NCBI RefSeq assembly: GCF_009914755.1
Contig: NC_060927.1
Origin: the human T2T-CHM13v2.0 reference genome, Homo sapiens
Length of the DNA: 64,000 nucleotides
Strand: one strand, 5' to 3'
Shown: positions 38,926 through 54,817 of the stretch, one piece after another
Layout of the letters: every line of letters begins with the position of its first letter
How positions within the stretch are numbered: position 1 is the first letter of the stretch
Made by a program: the position numbers and the translations under genes
The notes under the pieces: model-generated
Database searches by the model: none
What the model saw: only the letters and a program-made list of their open reading frames with translations
What the model was told of the DNA's origin: nothing

Positions 38926-39529
38926 GAGGAATGGTACCTGCCCTCAAGGAGTTTAATGGCTATGAGAGAGGGAGATGAAACAAAGAAATTAAACATAAAG
39001 TAGAAAATAATTAGTTACCTGTTCACCTCCATATGTCTCACTTTTGGGACACCATCACTGTGGAAGGGATATGTCTTCATGTGTTATTCATTTAACACTT
39101 AGTGAGCACCTACTGTCCACAAAGCACAGTGCCAGAGATTGAGGGGAACTCAGATGAAAAGCACACAAAACAAGATTTATCACCCACAAGGAATATAGAA
39201 AAAGGGCTGTGGAAGATCAAAAGGAAGAGGAATTGTTCCCACCTGAGGCCACGGACGGGTGGTTTCCTAGAGGACTGGCATCTGAGTGGAGCTGAGAAAG
39301 TGGAGCAACACTGGAAAAATGGGAGACACCCTCAAATTTAGGGAGACACTGCAACGAAGTCCTGGCTCTGCCCAAAGCCACAGCAGTCGCACCATGACAC
39401 GCTGCCCTTGGCCCTTCAGCAGCATCAGACAGAAGCAGGAGTTCTGATGCCTACTAGAAATTCATTTCACAGGGACTGACCACATGGTTCTCATCCGAAG
39501 GGCAAGATGGCAGTAAGTCTATTTCTTTT

Positions 39530-40750
39530 CCCTTTAGATTGGGTCAGTTCCGTTGTTCTGTTTTCACTTTCACTAATTCTATTCTCCGTCATCTCTATTC
39601 TATTAATGAATCTATACAGCAAGTCTACAATTTTCTATTATTGTATTTTTGGTTGTATAATTTCCATTTTATAACTTCTATTTTTTGTTTCAAAAACATT
39701 CAAAGTTGTGTATCAAAACATTTTTTTGATGGCTGCTGAAAATCCTCATCAGATAATTCCATCGTCTGATTCTTCTCAAAGTTGACATCAGTTAATTATC
39801 TTTTCTCACTCAAGCCATCATTTCCCTGGCTCTTTGTATGATGAGTGAGTTTAGATTACATCCTGGACATTTCACTGTTATGTTAGAAGACTCTGGATCC
39901 TGTTTAATTCTTTTAGTTTAGCATGAACTCACCCTGTTTGGGGTTTAGCATGCAGGCTCTAGATTACTTTATAGGTATAGGGCTATGGTTCCAATTGCAG
40001 TTTAATTTTGAGAGTCTTTGAGGTGCTATTTTGCTCTAGGCGATTTATCTGGTGCTTTTGGGGCTCCCACTGGTCCTCCCGGTGCTGCCTGAGAGGGCGG
40101 AGTCTCCCCAAGCTAGGCAGCCTGGTATTCTAGGTGGGGAAAGGGATGCTCTGTTCCACAGGGATGAAGAGTGCTTCCCAGGCCAGGCCAGGCCACTGAA
40201 TGAGGCGAAACTGTGCTTGCTAGTACCACCAGCCTCCCTGATACCCTTCGGTGGGACTGACAAGGAGGCTTCCTGCCTGGGTCACTTGTGGCAGGATCCA
40301 TCTTGCCAGTGCCCCTAGCCACCTGCTATCTCCCAGTGAAGGACAGGAGCCCCAGTAGACACAAGGAGAGCTTTCCCTATTCACATAGTACCCATGCCAG
40401 TGCTTCTGGGTTTGCCTAATGTTGGCAGGACTCCCATTCCATCTGGTGGGAGAATGCACCCACTTGGGGCACCTCCTGTTGCTAGGTTGTAGGTCAAGAA
40501 GAACAGGGCCTAGGCTGCCTTCTTATCTCAGGTGGGGGGCAGGTGTAAGACAACCCCTTCTATGCTGTTCTTCCAGTCCTGGGATCCCTCACCAGTTCAC
40601 CTTCACCCTTCCAGTGTTCAGGGTTCTCCTCTCAGAGCCAGGGTTAACCTCTCCTCTCTCCTTTTCTGTTATTCCCAGGGTTTATAGTTGTGCTTAGCAG
40701 AGAGGAGCAGGGAGAAACAAGTCTACATCCTCTTGAATGAAGTAGAAAGT
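39530..40750 (-). mobile_element. Ancient L1M 5' region (5' UTR/ORF1 start) fragment
   Basis: ttcactaattctattctcc...gttgtataatttccattt...ctctggatcctgtttaattc pattern typical of antisense L1M 5' parts; subfamily uncertain. Confidence 0.55.
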
Positions 40751-42387
40751 CTCATGCTGCTTGATCAATGTTTGAGTCTTTGTCTGCTCACCACATAATT
40801 GGCACCATAAGCTGAACATCACATCTTTTCTTACTCTTGCTCCAGAGCTCAGCACACTAATTTGCATGCAGGAGCTGCTCCATGACTATTTACCAAATAA
40901 ATGAATGGATAGATGAATTTGTAAAAGGGATCTAGGCTAATTGTTGTCCCTTACTGAACTGAAAAATCAATGAATTTACTGTCTCCCCCTTTCCAGTCCC
41001 ATCTTTGCTTAATCTCACGCCCCACGGCACATAGACACATAACCCTCATAAGCCCATCCGGATTCTCCCCATCCCATCCCACTGGCCTGTCCCCCATTCC
41101 ACACCCCTGCCCATTTCTGTCTTCTGTCCCTTGAAATTCTCAACCACCGTTCACTGAAATAAAGGCTTTCATCATCCTTTGATGGGCTCAGCTCTCCATT
41201 GGCTTTGTCATTTCCTCCTACCCAGCTTCCTTCAATGCCCCCTTTCCACAGTAGTACATTTGATTGTTTGCTTATCATATAGGACACAATATGATGGTCA
41301 TTTTTATATTGTATGATAAATATGATATAAATATAATACAAATATTTTATATATTAATGACAAATTATTTTCATGGTCTCTCACTCCCCCCATCCAACCG
41401 TGACATTAGGAGAGAACTGCATGAATTTTAACCATCCCTGGAATTTTGCTCCATCGCAGACCCCACAGCCCTGACAGCATGGATATGGTCAATTTATATT
41501 TGATTAACTGTAGACACAAAAGGGTCTCCATCAGTTCCAGCAGAGGGACATCTGAATGAGAGGGAATCTATCTATAGACATACACAAAGTCTCCCTGTCT
41601 GGACACAGATATGCTTCTCATAAGACATTAAACCCATTCAGAAATGGCAGTGAAACATGCGTAGATGGGAAGCAAGTGAGACCGAGGTGGTGGAAGATTT
41701 CATTGCTTGGGAAGAGTGGCATTAAGAAGTGGAGAGTGTCATGGAGGTTTGTGAAACTCCACCTAGATTCATCCGGAACACAATCTGTGCTCAATTAATC
41801 ATGTCTGCCTTAGTTTGTGGGTGGAAGGTGGGAGGTGTCAACAAAACAGCCCTGTAACTGGTGAGTGATTTAGGAATGCATGCATCTGTCTTTAACTGAG
41901 CAGTGGTCTGTAAATGAACTTTTCTGTAATAAACAAGGCAAAGAGATTGCCTTTGGAGAGCACGTAGTGTTACTGGTGAACTAACCAAATAGTCGATGGT
42001 GGGCTTGAAATCCTTAGTAGGCCTTGCCTTGTCTCAGACAGAGAAACCCAAGGTTCCCTTCCAGGACAAGTTCCATCCTCATAAGATGCCAGGTAAGCTA
42101 GCAAAACAAAATCCCCTGTATGTTTTCTTCAGGGCTGAAGATTTGAAACATCGCTTTTAGTATGGAAGTGCCTTTTGTTTCTAGAAATGGGCTGGAAATG
42201 AGACTATTTTGGTGCCAACAAGAAACAAATGGAGCCAGAAAACTAGCCGAGTGATGCCTTCTTTGCCACCTGGCTTAGCCTCACCCATCTTTCCACTGCA
42301 CTTGAGTCCCACGTCTTCTGGGAGGTCCCAGCTTCCATCTGGCTCACAGTGAGCTCTTCCTCTAAAGTCATCTATTACCACCCATGT

Positions 42388-42650
42388 CAGGGGTTACCAA
42401 TTGCCATACTGAAGGCTGAATTTGGCCCACAGCCATGACTGGGTTGGATGGGACTGTGTTTTTAGATTTGTTCAATTTGAAGCTAACTTTTTTTAAGTGG
42501 AAGAGTTTATATTTTTTAAAATCCCATTTTTCAGATTTCTTTGAAAAAATCAGAGGCTGTAACAGCATCACTGGTGACACCAGGCTAGAGGAGAGGAGTG
42601 GCTGATGGAGCCCTTAGGTGAAGCTCAGACTCTCCAACTTGCCACATCAT
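42388..42650 (+). mobile_element. MER102-like hAT transposon
   Basis: caggggttaccaa...gaatttggcccacag...tttcagatttctttgaaaaaatcag...ctctccaacttgccaca. Confidence 0.6.
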
Positions 42651-42664
42651 CTTCTAGGCCCTGA

Positions 42665-43196
<532 letters not shown>

Positions 43197-43209
43197 TAAA
43201 CACTGGGTA

Positions 43210-43440
43210 CAGTGACAAAAATTCCTACCATTTATTGAGTACTTACTATGTGCCGCCTCTGAGCTCAACACTTAAAAACTCACATCTCAGTCCAAGTCAC
43301 CATTTTGATTAGGGAATTATTATCCCCATTTTACAGATGAGCAAACTGTAGCTCAGTAAAATAAAGCAGTTGCCCCACATGTCCCACCTGGCTATATCTA
43401 GGATCTGAACTCAGCTCTTCCTGTTTCCCGAGCTCATATT
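43210..43440 (-). mobile_element. MIR
   Basis: catttattgagtacttactatgtgcc...ttatccccattttacagatgagcaaactg. Confidence 0.8.
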
Positions 43441-43594
43441 CTTTTTGATGCATGACACCATCTTTCTATAAATATGTAGCATGGACCGTGCCTGGCTACC
43501 TGTCAGGACCCACTAGGAGTTGCATTGCCAGTACAGGCCTAGTTTGCCATCTAGCTTCAGTTGGAGAGTAAAGGCAGGAGAATGTTGGATAAAA

Positions 43595-44101
43595 CACTTG
43601 TTCTCAAATTGGGGGAATTTTCCTCCAGAGAACATTTGACAATGTCTGGAGACATTTTTGGTTGTCACAGGCAGGGCAGGGAGTGCCACTGCTGTCTAGT
43701 GAGTAGAAGCCAGGGATAATGCTAAACATCCTACAATGACCAGGCACAGTGTCTTGTACCTGTGATCCCAGCACTTTGGGAGGCCAAGGTGGGCAGAACG
43801 CTTGAGCCAAGGAGTTCAAGACCAGCCTGGGCAACATGTCAGAACCCTTTATCTACAAAATATACAGAACTTAGCCAAGCATGGTGTTGTGCACCTTTGG
43901 TCTCAGCTAATCAGGAGGCTAAAGCAGGAGGATCGATCACCTGAGCCCGGGAGTTTGAGCTACAGTGAGCCATGATGACACCATTGCACTCCAGCCTGGG
44001 TAATAGAGTGAGATCTTGTCTCCAAAAGTAACCCAAAAAAACAATGGGACAGAGAATGATTCTGTCTCAAGTGTCAACAGTGGCAAAGCTGAGAACCTCT
44101 G
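43595..44101 (+). mobile_element. MER20 hAT MITE split by AluJ
   Basis: gttctcaa...acaatgtctggagacatttttggttgtcac...gctaaacatcctacaat [Alu] ...tgtcaacagtg...gctgagaac. Confidence 0.85.
43738..44040 (+). mobile_element. AluJ
   Basis: gcttgagccaaggagttcaagaccagcctgggcaac and gctacagtgagccatgat diagnostics. Confidence 0.85.
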
Positions 44102-44649
44102 AGTAAGAGATCCCATTCTATCTGCAGGTTAGCTCCCAGAGTTCTATACTGGGCTTGGGTTACAGACATTCTGTCAAGAATTATATGTTCATTTTGTTCC
44201 CAGAGCCTTGGCATTCTCCATCAATTTTGAGGCCGTCTTTGAAATTTCATATTATTCGTCAAGAGCCATCTACTAACAATTGCTAATTTTCTCTCTCTTA
44301 TTTAAGGTAAAATTAGAGTCTTTCTGGGGTGAGTGTATCCATAGGGTTATCATGGTTGATACTCACCCCAAAACTTTCTGACTTCCTCCCAGAAAGGGCT
44401 TTTTAATACCAGCCAAGAATAATAGCATTTAAGGAACATAAACCACCTCTTGCTACTCAAAATGTACCCTTCATTTTAATTCGCTTGAAGCATTTTCTCC
44501 AGTTACTTTATTACCATGGGACACTTTCTAAATAGACCAAGGGATCATCTTCCAAACAGGAAAATATTTGAATAGCCCCACCAAGTCTGTAGATCATCTA
44601 AGGCTGATACTATTATTAGATAAAAGTTAAGCAATTAATCCCTAAAAAC

Positions 44650-45450
44650 CTCCTAAGAACTGGGGTCACATGGGTTCCTTCATTAGAATCCAGGTATGGC
44701 TTAATCAAAACTTATCAGGACTCTTGAAGTCAAGGGTCCCCAACCCCTGGGCAACAGACTGACACTGGTCTGTGGCCTGTTAGGAACTGGGCTGCACAGC
44801 AGGAGATGGGTGGCAGGCCAGGGAGCATTACCACCTGAGCTCTGCCCCCTGTCAGATCAGCAGTGGCATTAGATTCTCACAGGAGCACAAACCCTATTGT
44901 GAACTGTACATGTGAGGAATCTAGGTTGCAGCTCCATCTGAGAATCTAATGCCTAATGCTTGATCATCTGAGGTGGAACCGTTTCATCTCAGAACCATCC
45001 CCCTTGCCCCAACTGGTCAGTGGAAAAATTATCTTCCACAAAACCAGTCTCTGGTGCCAAAAAGGTTGGGAACCATTGTGCTAAGTCATGATTCAACTGC
45101 GTCATGAAACTGAAAAGCTTAGAGGAAGGGTGACTTCAGGCATGGCTGGATCCAGGTGTTCAGAAAGCATCACAAGGATCTGTTGTCTCTTAATTTATCT
45201 GCCCTACTTCCTCTGTGTTGGCTTCACTCTCAGACTTTATTCTCATGGCTGCCCTCATCAGTGTAGTAGTTCTAGTCCAGTGGGGAAAAGGCAGTGACAG
45301 TCCTAATAAAAGTCTCAGTGTGCTTCTGATGGAATCATATGCGCATTCCTGAGCCAATTACTGAGGCCAGGGGAATGTGGCACTCCACTTGGCTGGTGCC
45401 TCATGGGTACTGTTAGTGGGGGATGGGTCCTGGCAGCCAAAATCTGTGAC
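44650..45450 (-). mobile_element. MLT1 (J/K/L) LTR interrupted by MER1B
   Basis: gacttcaggcatggctggatccagg...cctctgtgttggcttcactctcag...cattcctgagccaattactgaggccagggga. Confidence 0.6.
44731..45078 (+). mobile_element. MER1B hAT-Charlie MITE
   Basis: caagggtccccaacccc...ggcattagattctcacagg...ggtgccaaaaaggttgggaaccattg. Confidence 0.9.
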
Positions 45451-46429
45451 CAGTTAAGAGCAAAATCAGTAGCACCCATTCAGCAAGGGTTTCAGCCTGA
45501 AGAATCAAGCACTTAGCAGGAGTTCACCAGGAGGGACAGGCCTGGCCCTGACTTGCTGAGCGACCCTGAGGAGGACACCTGTCCCCCAAAGACCCTCAAA
45601 GTCCCATCCACTGCAGAATACTTTCCTCCATGGATGCCCTCAACACTGGCTTCAGTTAGAGACCAAGTGCTCCACCAAACACAGCAAAAGAAGAAAAACA
45701 GGACAAGGGTCAGCAGAACCTTCCTGCTGCTTTATGTCTTTTCTGGCAGTTACGACCAGCAAATCACTCAGGAAAATCTGCTGGGTTTAAAATTTCATGG
45801 TAGCATAAACCACTCATTTGAGTAGATTCTGATTAATACCCTTTAACACCAAAAGGGTCCTGTGGCAAGGAGAACAGCCTGAGGAAGAAGTCCTCCAGGG
45901 TCTGATGAAGATGGATGGAAAGAAGGAACAGACAACAGCGTGTATACTGGGCCAGAAAGGCTTGTCTTTTCCCCATGGGATAAAATCATTTTCTGGTGGT
46001 CAGATTGGGTGGAGTGAGGAACTGTTATCAATATTATGATAAAATTATGTTCTTTGCTGAAAGCATGCAGCCTGTAATTATTGATTTCATCCCCTGACGT
46101 GGCCAATTATGGGTACATATATGGGTAGTAACTCAGTTGGGCTCTTGGCATTACCTACCAAAAAGAGTTGGCTAGAAATACTCGGGTGGCTATTAGAAAA
46201 GTAGGATAAGCACGAAGTCATGTGGTATGTGATGCACTGAGGTTGTAATTGCATTACCCAGCAGAGTCTGTGGATCTCTTAGTAAATCCATTGTCTCTAA
46301 GCCTAAAACTGAAAAGGCTTGATTTCCATCTAGAGAGTGACAGGGGATTAGATGGTAAGGCCTATGATTTCTTCCAATTGAAGCGCATTACTCAACAGTC
46401 AAAGGTGACAACATGTGGTCACATTTGAG

Positions 46430-49400
46430 CCAGAGCCTCAGAGCTGAAGAGGGAATTAATAAATGGAAGACAGGAAAGCATTCCAAATGTAGTCCAAAAA
46501 TAAAGAGATGGATGATATGCACAACAGGTTAAGAGACATGGAAAATAGAGTGAGAAGGTTTAACATAAGTTTAATCCAAGTTCTGGAAGGTGATAAAAGA
46601 CAAAATGGGAAAGTACTATCAAAGAGATAATGTTACCAATTTTCAAATTTAGCATATACCATAGATGCTCCATGGTGAAGCTGCTGAAAACCAAAGAAAA
46701 TGAAACCATTTTAAAAGCCGGCAGTGATAAAACACAGATTGCCTACAAAGGAGCAGCCTTTGGAATGGCTGCTGACTTTTCACCCACAAGGATACCCAAA
46801 GGAGTGGATTACCTTCAGAGGGCTGAGAAAAGTTGCTGTCAACCTAGAGAGATTAATACCAAGTGAAACTCTCAACAATGATGGTAAAATAAAGATAGAA
46901 ACAAAAAAATGGAGAGTATTTATTCACAAAATAGAAACCTACAAAATAATCCTTAAAACCTAAATTCTAAAGGATATATGTTGGGCAGAAGAAAAAATTA
47001 TGCCAGATGCAAATGTGATGTATGAAGGAAGAAAAAGTAAAGACATGGGTAAATTAGTAGGCTGATCTAAACAAATATTAATCTTATAAAGTGATAATAA
47101 AAGTAATATCAGATGAAATGCAGCAAAGCAATAACACAAGCTGAAACAAAGATGCTGGACTATATTAGTAAAAGAACTCCAGCTGAAACCAAACTAATAA
47201 ATAATAATGAAAGAAGGATGATCTGGAAATGAAATCACCCAAAAGTCTGTGGATTATTCAGGAGGATGAAAACCATATTAATTAAATTTGGATTTTGTTA
47301 AGCTAAGTATGCTTATGAAAACTGTGAGTGTAACTACTAAAAGAATGAGCTTGGAACATACATCCACTGAAGAAGTAGCAACTAAAGATGAAATAAAGAA
47401 AAGAAGTCAAAAGAGGGCAAAAAGAAGAATCAGAAGACGTAAGATAAATCAAAAGCACATAATGAGGTTGTAGCAATAAACTTAAATGCATCAGGATTCA
47501 CAATTTATACAAATGGATTGGTATTTCTAAATAAAAGACAAAAACTTCCAGGCAGAGCTGGATTTTTAAAGCTCAATTGTATGCTGATATAAAAAAAACA
47601 AAAAACTTAGACATGGAAGAAGTAGACAAATCCACCAGTATAACAGAAATTGTTTTAACGTAACTCTCTCAATAATTGACAGATCAAGCAGACCAATAAA
47701 TCATTCATAATTCAAAAAAGACAATTAAAAATCCTGATTTAATAGGTTACATAAACATTGAGCCAGTCATGGGGGCTCACACCTCTAATCCTAGCACTTT
47801 GAGAGGCTGAGGCAGGAGGATCACTTGAGCCCAGGAGTTCAAGACCAGCTTGGGCAACATAGGGCGATCCTGTCTCTACAAAATATAAAAAAATTAGCCA
47901 GTTGTAGTGGCATGCCTACGGTCCCAGCTACTTGGGAGGCTGAGATGGGAGGAGAGCTTGAGCTGGGGAGGTCAAGGGATGAGCCAATGCCACTGCACTC
48001 CAGGGTGACAGAGCAAAACCCTGTCTCAAAAACAAACAACAAACCAACACTGAAACCAGCAATTGGAGCATACACATCCTTTTCAAGCACAAAAACTTGC
48101 CACATATTGTGCCACAAAGTGAGCCTCAAAAACTTCATAAACTTTATATCCTCTGCACCATATTCTCTGACCAATATGTGCTTAAGTTAGAAAATGTGGG
48201 GGAAAAAAGAGAAAAACTGCATATATTTGGAAATGTTAAAAAAAAACCTAATGTGTCAATGAAGAAATAATCATGGAAATCAGAAAATGCTTACAATTAA
48301 ATATATAGGAGGCAGCTAATGCAGTATTACAGAGGAACTGTACTTTCAGTGTTTCATTAGAAATAAGAAAGCCTCTGATTTAGTGAACTAAGCTCACTGA
48401 TTTAGTGAACTAAGCATTCAACTGAAAGAATTAGGAGGGAAATGCCAAAAGAAAAACAAGGAGAATAAAAGGAAAGAAATAACGAAAGTAAAAATCAACA
48501 AAATAGGAAACAAAAACATATGAGTGAAGGTCAACAAAGCTAGAAGTTGGTTCTTTGAAAAGACTAATAATACACAGAAAATTATTGTTAAAAATTAATC
48601 AGTAGAAACAGAGAATGTGGAAATAATATTACAAGTGAAAGAGAACATTACAAGTGCTGCAGAGATTAATAGTTAATAGGTTATTATGGATAACTTTATG
48701 CCAATAAACTTATAAGTTTTCATAAAATGGATAAATTTCTAGAAAAACAAAACCTACCAAAATTGATTCAAGAAAGGAGAAAAAGTGGAAATAGTCTGAT
48801 CACTGTTTTTAAGATCATATTAATAGCTCAACATGTTAAGAAAAGAAAACACTGGACCCAGATGGCTTTACAGGCATGTTCTACCAAACAGATAGGAACA
48901 GATCATTTCACATTTACACAGACTTTTACAGAGAATTCTTTTTATTAGGCTGATTCCAAACAAGACAGGAACAGTACAAAAGGCCAATTGCACTCATGAG
49001 CATAAATGAAAAAATGTAAATAAAATATTGGCAAACCAAATTCAGAAATATATAAAAACAATGAAACATCATCAGGTTTTACTGAAACACAAGGTTGACA
49101 TTTGGGTTTGTCTGTGAACTGTAACATTTATTGAATATAGAAAATAAATTAATACAATTCATTGTATTAACAAATTAGAAAAAAAACCATGATTATCCTA
49201 GTAAATAAATGCAAAAAAGGCTTTCTATAAAATATAATCCAATAAAGTGAACCTATAACGAAACTGCTGCAAACAAAATCCTTAATGACAATAGTTGAAA
49301 AGTATTCTGTCTAAAAATATTTTTAGAAATCAATATAAGAGAATAACTTTATTATCTGAGTGAAGAAAACATTTTTAAAATAAGATACAAGCACAACAAA

Positions 49401-50420
49401 GTAAAAGACTAAAGTTTTGACAACGTGAAAATTGAGAAGTGTTTCATGAAAAACAACAAACAGAGAAGATTTTTGCAACACAGAACCAACAGGGAATTAG
49501 TATACAGAAAAGAGAAGGGATTCCTTTAAAAATCCATGATCAGAAGTCATAACTCCATAGAAAAAATTCATAAACAGGAATTTAATAGGGAGGAAATAAA
49601 CCATAAACATCTTAAAAGTTGATCAACCTTGATTAATTATTAGATAAATGTGAATTTAAATCACATTGGGATGTTACTTCAGATGGGGAATAATTTAAAA
49701 ATCTGACCACACCAGAAGCAGGCAAGAACGTGGAGCAATGAGAATTCTCATTATGTTGTTAATGGAAATATGGATTGGTATAGCCACTTGAAAAGCATTT
49801 TGATATTAATCAGTAAACGTGGCTATGCACAAGCACCAAGACCCAGAAATTTCAACCTTTGGTTGAAAAACTCTTGCAAGAAACTCTCTCTCAGAAAACT
49901 CTTAAAAATGTGTGTCAGGAAACATTTACAAAAATGATATGGCAAGATTGTTCATCAAAGTGAAAAACTGGAAACAATGTCCATCAATAGGAGAAGAAAC
50001 AGGTCAACTGTGGCCCATTTGGACCATGAACACAGAAGTTAAAAGGAATCAGCTAGCAACTGATGCCTTGACACCAATGAATCTCAATGCAATGAAAGAC
50101 AAGTTACAAAAGAATGCAAATAAAACTGATTTACGTTAAGTTCAAATTCAAAGTAATGTTTTAATTATTAGGGGATTTGTAAATAATGGAACAACCACAA
50201 AGAAAAGCAAGGGAATAAGAAATTTACAATTCCGAGTATTGGTCATCTTAGATGGAGGTAAGAAATGAGATGCAATCAAGGGGATGCCCAAAGAGGGTTT
50301 GGAAGGTATTGGAATTTTTTAAATTAACATGGGTACTCAAGGTTTATTCTGTTATTCCTTCTTAAACTGTGCCCACGCATTTCACAAGTTTTGTGTTTGT
50401 AATATTTTCCACTTAAAATA
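46430..50420 (+). mobile_element. Old, internally deleted L1M (L1ME-type) spanning ORF1, ORF2 and 3' end remnants
   Basis: ORF1-like aagagacatggaaaatagagtgagaagg; ORF2-like aaatggataaatttctagaaaaacaaaacctaccaaaa (MDKFLEKQNLPKL); 3' part aaactggaaacaatgtccatcaatagg. Confidence 0.75.
47760..48045 (+). mobile_element. AluJ
   Basis: ggatcacttgagcccaggagttcaagaccagc...cactgcactccag, with tail. Confidence 0.85.
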
Positions 50421-50549
50421 GCACTTAAAACTAAACAGCATTTTCTCAACATTAGAAAGACTCTAAAAATAAGCAGGACTTTGTTTTAATGTGTGTTTTC
50501 AATGTCCTTAAATCAACTGGCAGTACTGTGCTCTTTGAAAAAAAATGCT

Positions 50550-51620
<1,071 letters not shown>

Positions 51621-52879
51621 ACATTTATTCAGTTTATAAGGATATTGTACACACATTAAAACTACAGGACACAAAAACAATGAGAAGAATCTTAGATGCA
51701 AGTAGGCAGAGGCCATTTCATGTACTAATGGGTGGCATTTTAACTGGCAGCAAACTTCTCAAAAACAACAGTATAGGTCAGATGTAAATTGAATAATGTG
51801 CTAAAAATAGTGAGCAAAAGTAAATAGTAAGCCTAGAATTTTCTCCTCAGCTAAATTGCCATTCAAGAGCCATAATAATAACATAAAAATACTCTCACAC
51901 AAAGTCTGCAAAAATTTACCATTTAGAGACCCTTGCTGAAAGAACTATCCAAGAGTGGATCACTGAGAAAAGGAATCTAAACTTCATAGAAGAGAGTGGG
52001 ATTAAAGAAGCAATGGTGAGCAAATCATGGAAATCTAAAGCAAGAACTGAGTATATAAATAATAATTAGTAGTATTAATTCTGTAGCAAAAAAAGGGTAA
52101 GACAAAACATGAGACCATACTAATACATAATTAAAGCAAGTTAATGAGTAAAACATGACATATGTTTTGATTTTAAGTTAAGCATTCTTGTTACAAATAT
52201 TTATTGATTCCTGAAACTATATAAGAGAAATGTATAACTTGCCAACTAGAGGAGAAATTTAAGAAATTGTAAAGAAAACAGATCAAACAATCCAACAGAA
52301 GGAAGAAAAGGAGAAAAAAAGCATAAGGAATAAACAAGGTAAAGAAAATACCCAAATATACATAACTTTTACTTCTGTTTAAGTAGAAGGATATGATGCA
52401 CCATTTCTCTTATGTTGACAACAAGGAAACAGCAGAAAAAAATAAAAATCATACTATTCTAAAAGGCTTGTAAAGAGCAGTTAGAAGCCTTGAATAACTG
52501 ACTTGCAAAAAGGAAAGAGACCTTCATAAGTGAACAGAAAGCCTCAGCTTCAGTTTGGGTACAGACGGACAGAGGAGTGGGCTTCAACCATACACAGAGA
52601 TACTTTGTGCAGATGAGAAAAAATCAGCCAAGCTTTAGTTGAAAACATGGACAGATGCAACTGAGTCTAAATGCAAAAGCAAATCACTTAGCCCAGCAAT
52701 TCTCACCCATCTTCTACGCCCTCAAATTTTGCCAAGAAAGCTTCAATACAGGAGGGGCAAGAAAATAGGATTCATGAATCCTGCCAGAGTTGAATTCAAA
52801 GATAAAACAAAAAATATTTGAAACCACGATCCAACCCCCTCCCAGCTCAAAAACTGGCAAAATCAAAAACAGTGATGAC

Positions 52880-53345
52880 GTAATGAGAATAGCACTCTAC
52901 CTCAGTGGTTTTTCTCCCCAAAACCCAAATCCAATCATGAGAAAAACATCAAACAAATCTCAAATGAGGTGTATTCTATAAAATACCTGACCAGTACTCC
53001 ACAAAATTGTCAAGATCATAAAAACAAGGAAGTTCTGAGAAATGGCCATAGACCAGAGGAGACTCAAGAGTCAGGATGACTAAATGCAATATTGTATCTT
53101 GGATGGGATCCTGCAACTGCACAGGGACATTAGTGGGAACACTGGTGACATCTGAATAAACTCTGGAGTTTAGTTAATAGTAGTGTACCAATGCTGGTTT
53201 CTTAGTTGTGACAAATGTATCATGGTAACGCAAGATGTTAATAAATGATGAACTGGGTGAAGGGTGTACAGGACATCTCTGTACTATCCTTTCAACTTTT
53301 CTATAAATCTGAAACTATTCTAAAAAACGTTCTTTTTTAAAAAAA
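52880..53345 (+). mobile_element. L1MC/L1MD 3' UTR fragment
   Basis: atcatgagaaaaacatcaaacaaa...ctggtttcttagttgtgacaaatgt...aactgggtgaagggtgtacagg. Confidence 0.7.
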
Positions 53346-54171
53346 AACCATCTATTTACAAAATACAAAACAGTTGTGAGTAAATTAAATAAAAGATACA
53401 GATAATTGGCATACTGATAACTAGAAAATATAGCTTGGAAGAATTTTGAAAAGACCTAAGTAAAGAGAAATACTGTGTTCATGGATTCAAAGTCTCAATA
53501 TTGTTAAGATATCGTTTCTCTCCCAAACTGATCAACTGATTTAATGTAATCCCAATCTAAATCCCAGTGGGCTTTTTTTTTTTTTTGTAGAAATTGATGG
53601 GCCGATTCTAGGATTTGAAATAATATCCAAAACAACTTTGATTAAAAAACAACAAAGTTAGAGGACTTACACTGCCTGATCCCAAGATTTCCTTGAAAGA
53701 GTAAGAGTAATCAAGACAGTATGATAATGACATAAGTATAGATATATGGAAATAGAACAGAAATAAACATACATATAGATGATCAATCAATGTATAGCAA
53801 AAGGTGGCGAGGGTGAATTAATAAAGGATGGTCTTTTCAACAAATGGTGCTAGAAAAATTGGATATATTTATTGTAAAAAATGAGCATCAACCCTTACAT
53901 ATAACCTAAACAAAAATGAATACAAAGTGGCTACAGAACTGAAGGTAAAAACTAAAACTATCAATTTTAATTTAGGACACAATTATTGCAAGTTTGAAGT
54001 AGGTGAATATTTTTTTGCTGGGAGAAAAGTAGTATGAGTTATGGGAATAACTCATAAAATGGAGTTCATAAAACTCAAAAACATCCATTCTTCCAAAGTT
54101 ACCAATAAGATAATTAAAAGATAGGATATATACTGGGGGAAAATACAATACATACATCTATCAAAGAGTAA

Positions 54172-54330
54172 AGAGCCAGGTGGAATGGTGCACACCTGCA
54201 GTCCTAGCTACTCCGAAGGCTGGGGCGAGAGGATCACTTGAGCTCAGGAGTTTCAGGCTGCAGTGAGCTATGATGGTGCCACTGCACTCTAGCCTGGTTT
54301 GCAGAACAAGACTCTGTCTCTTAAAAAAAA
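54172..54330 (+). mobile_element. Free right Alu monomer (FRAM-like)
   Basis: Single right-arm monomer with gctgcagtgagctatgat and an A tail. Confidence 0.75.
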
Positions 54331-54497
54331 TTGTTTAAGTATAAAGAACACATAAAATTCAATAATAGTAAGATTAGCAATCCAATAGAGTAAAAACTTC
54401 AAAATATAATTCACAAAAATAGATATATAAAAGGCCAATTAGAACATAAATCAATATCTTTTGTCACTAAAGAAATTCAAATTAAAACTACAAAGGG

Positions 54498-54817
<320 letters not shown>

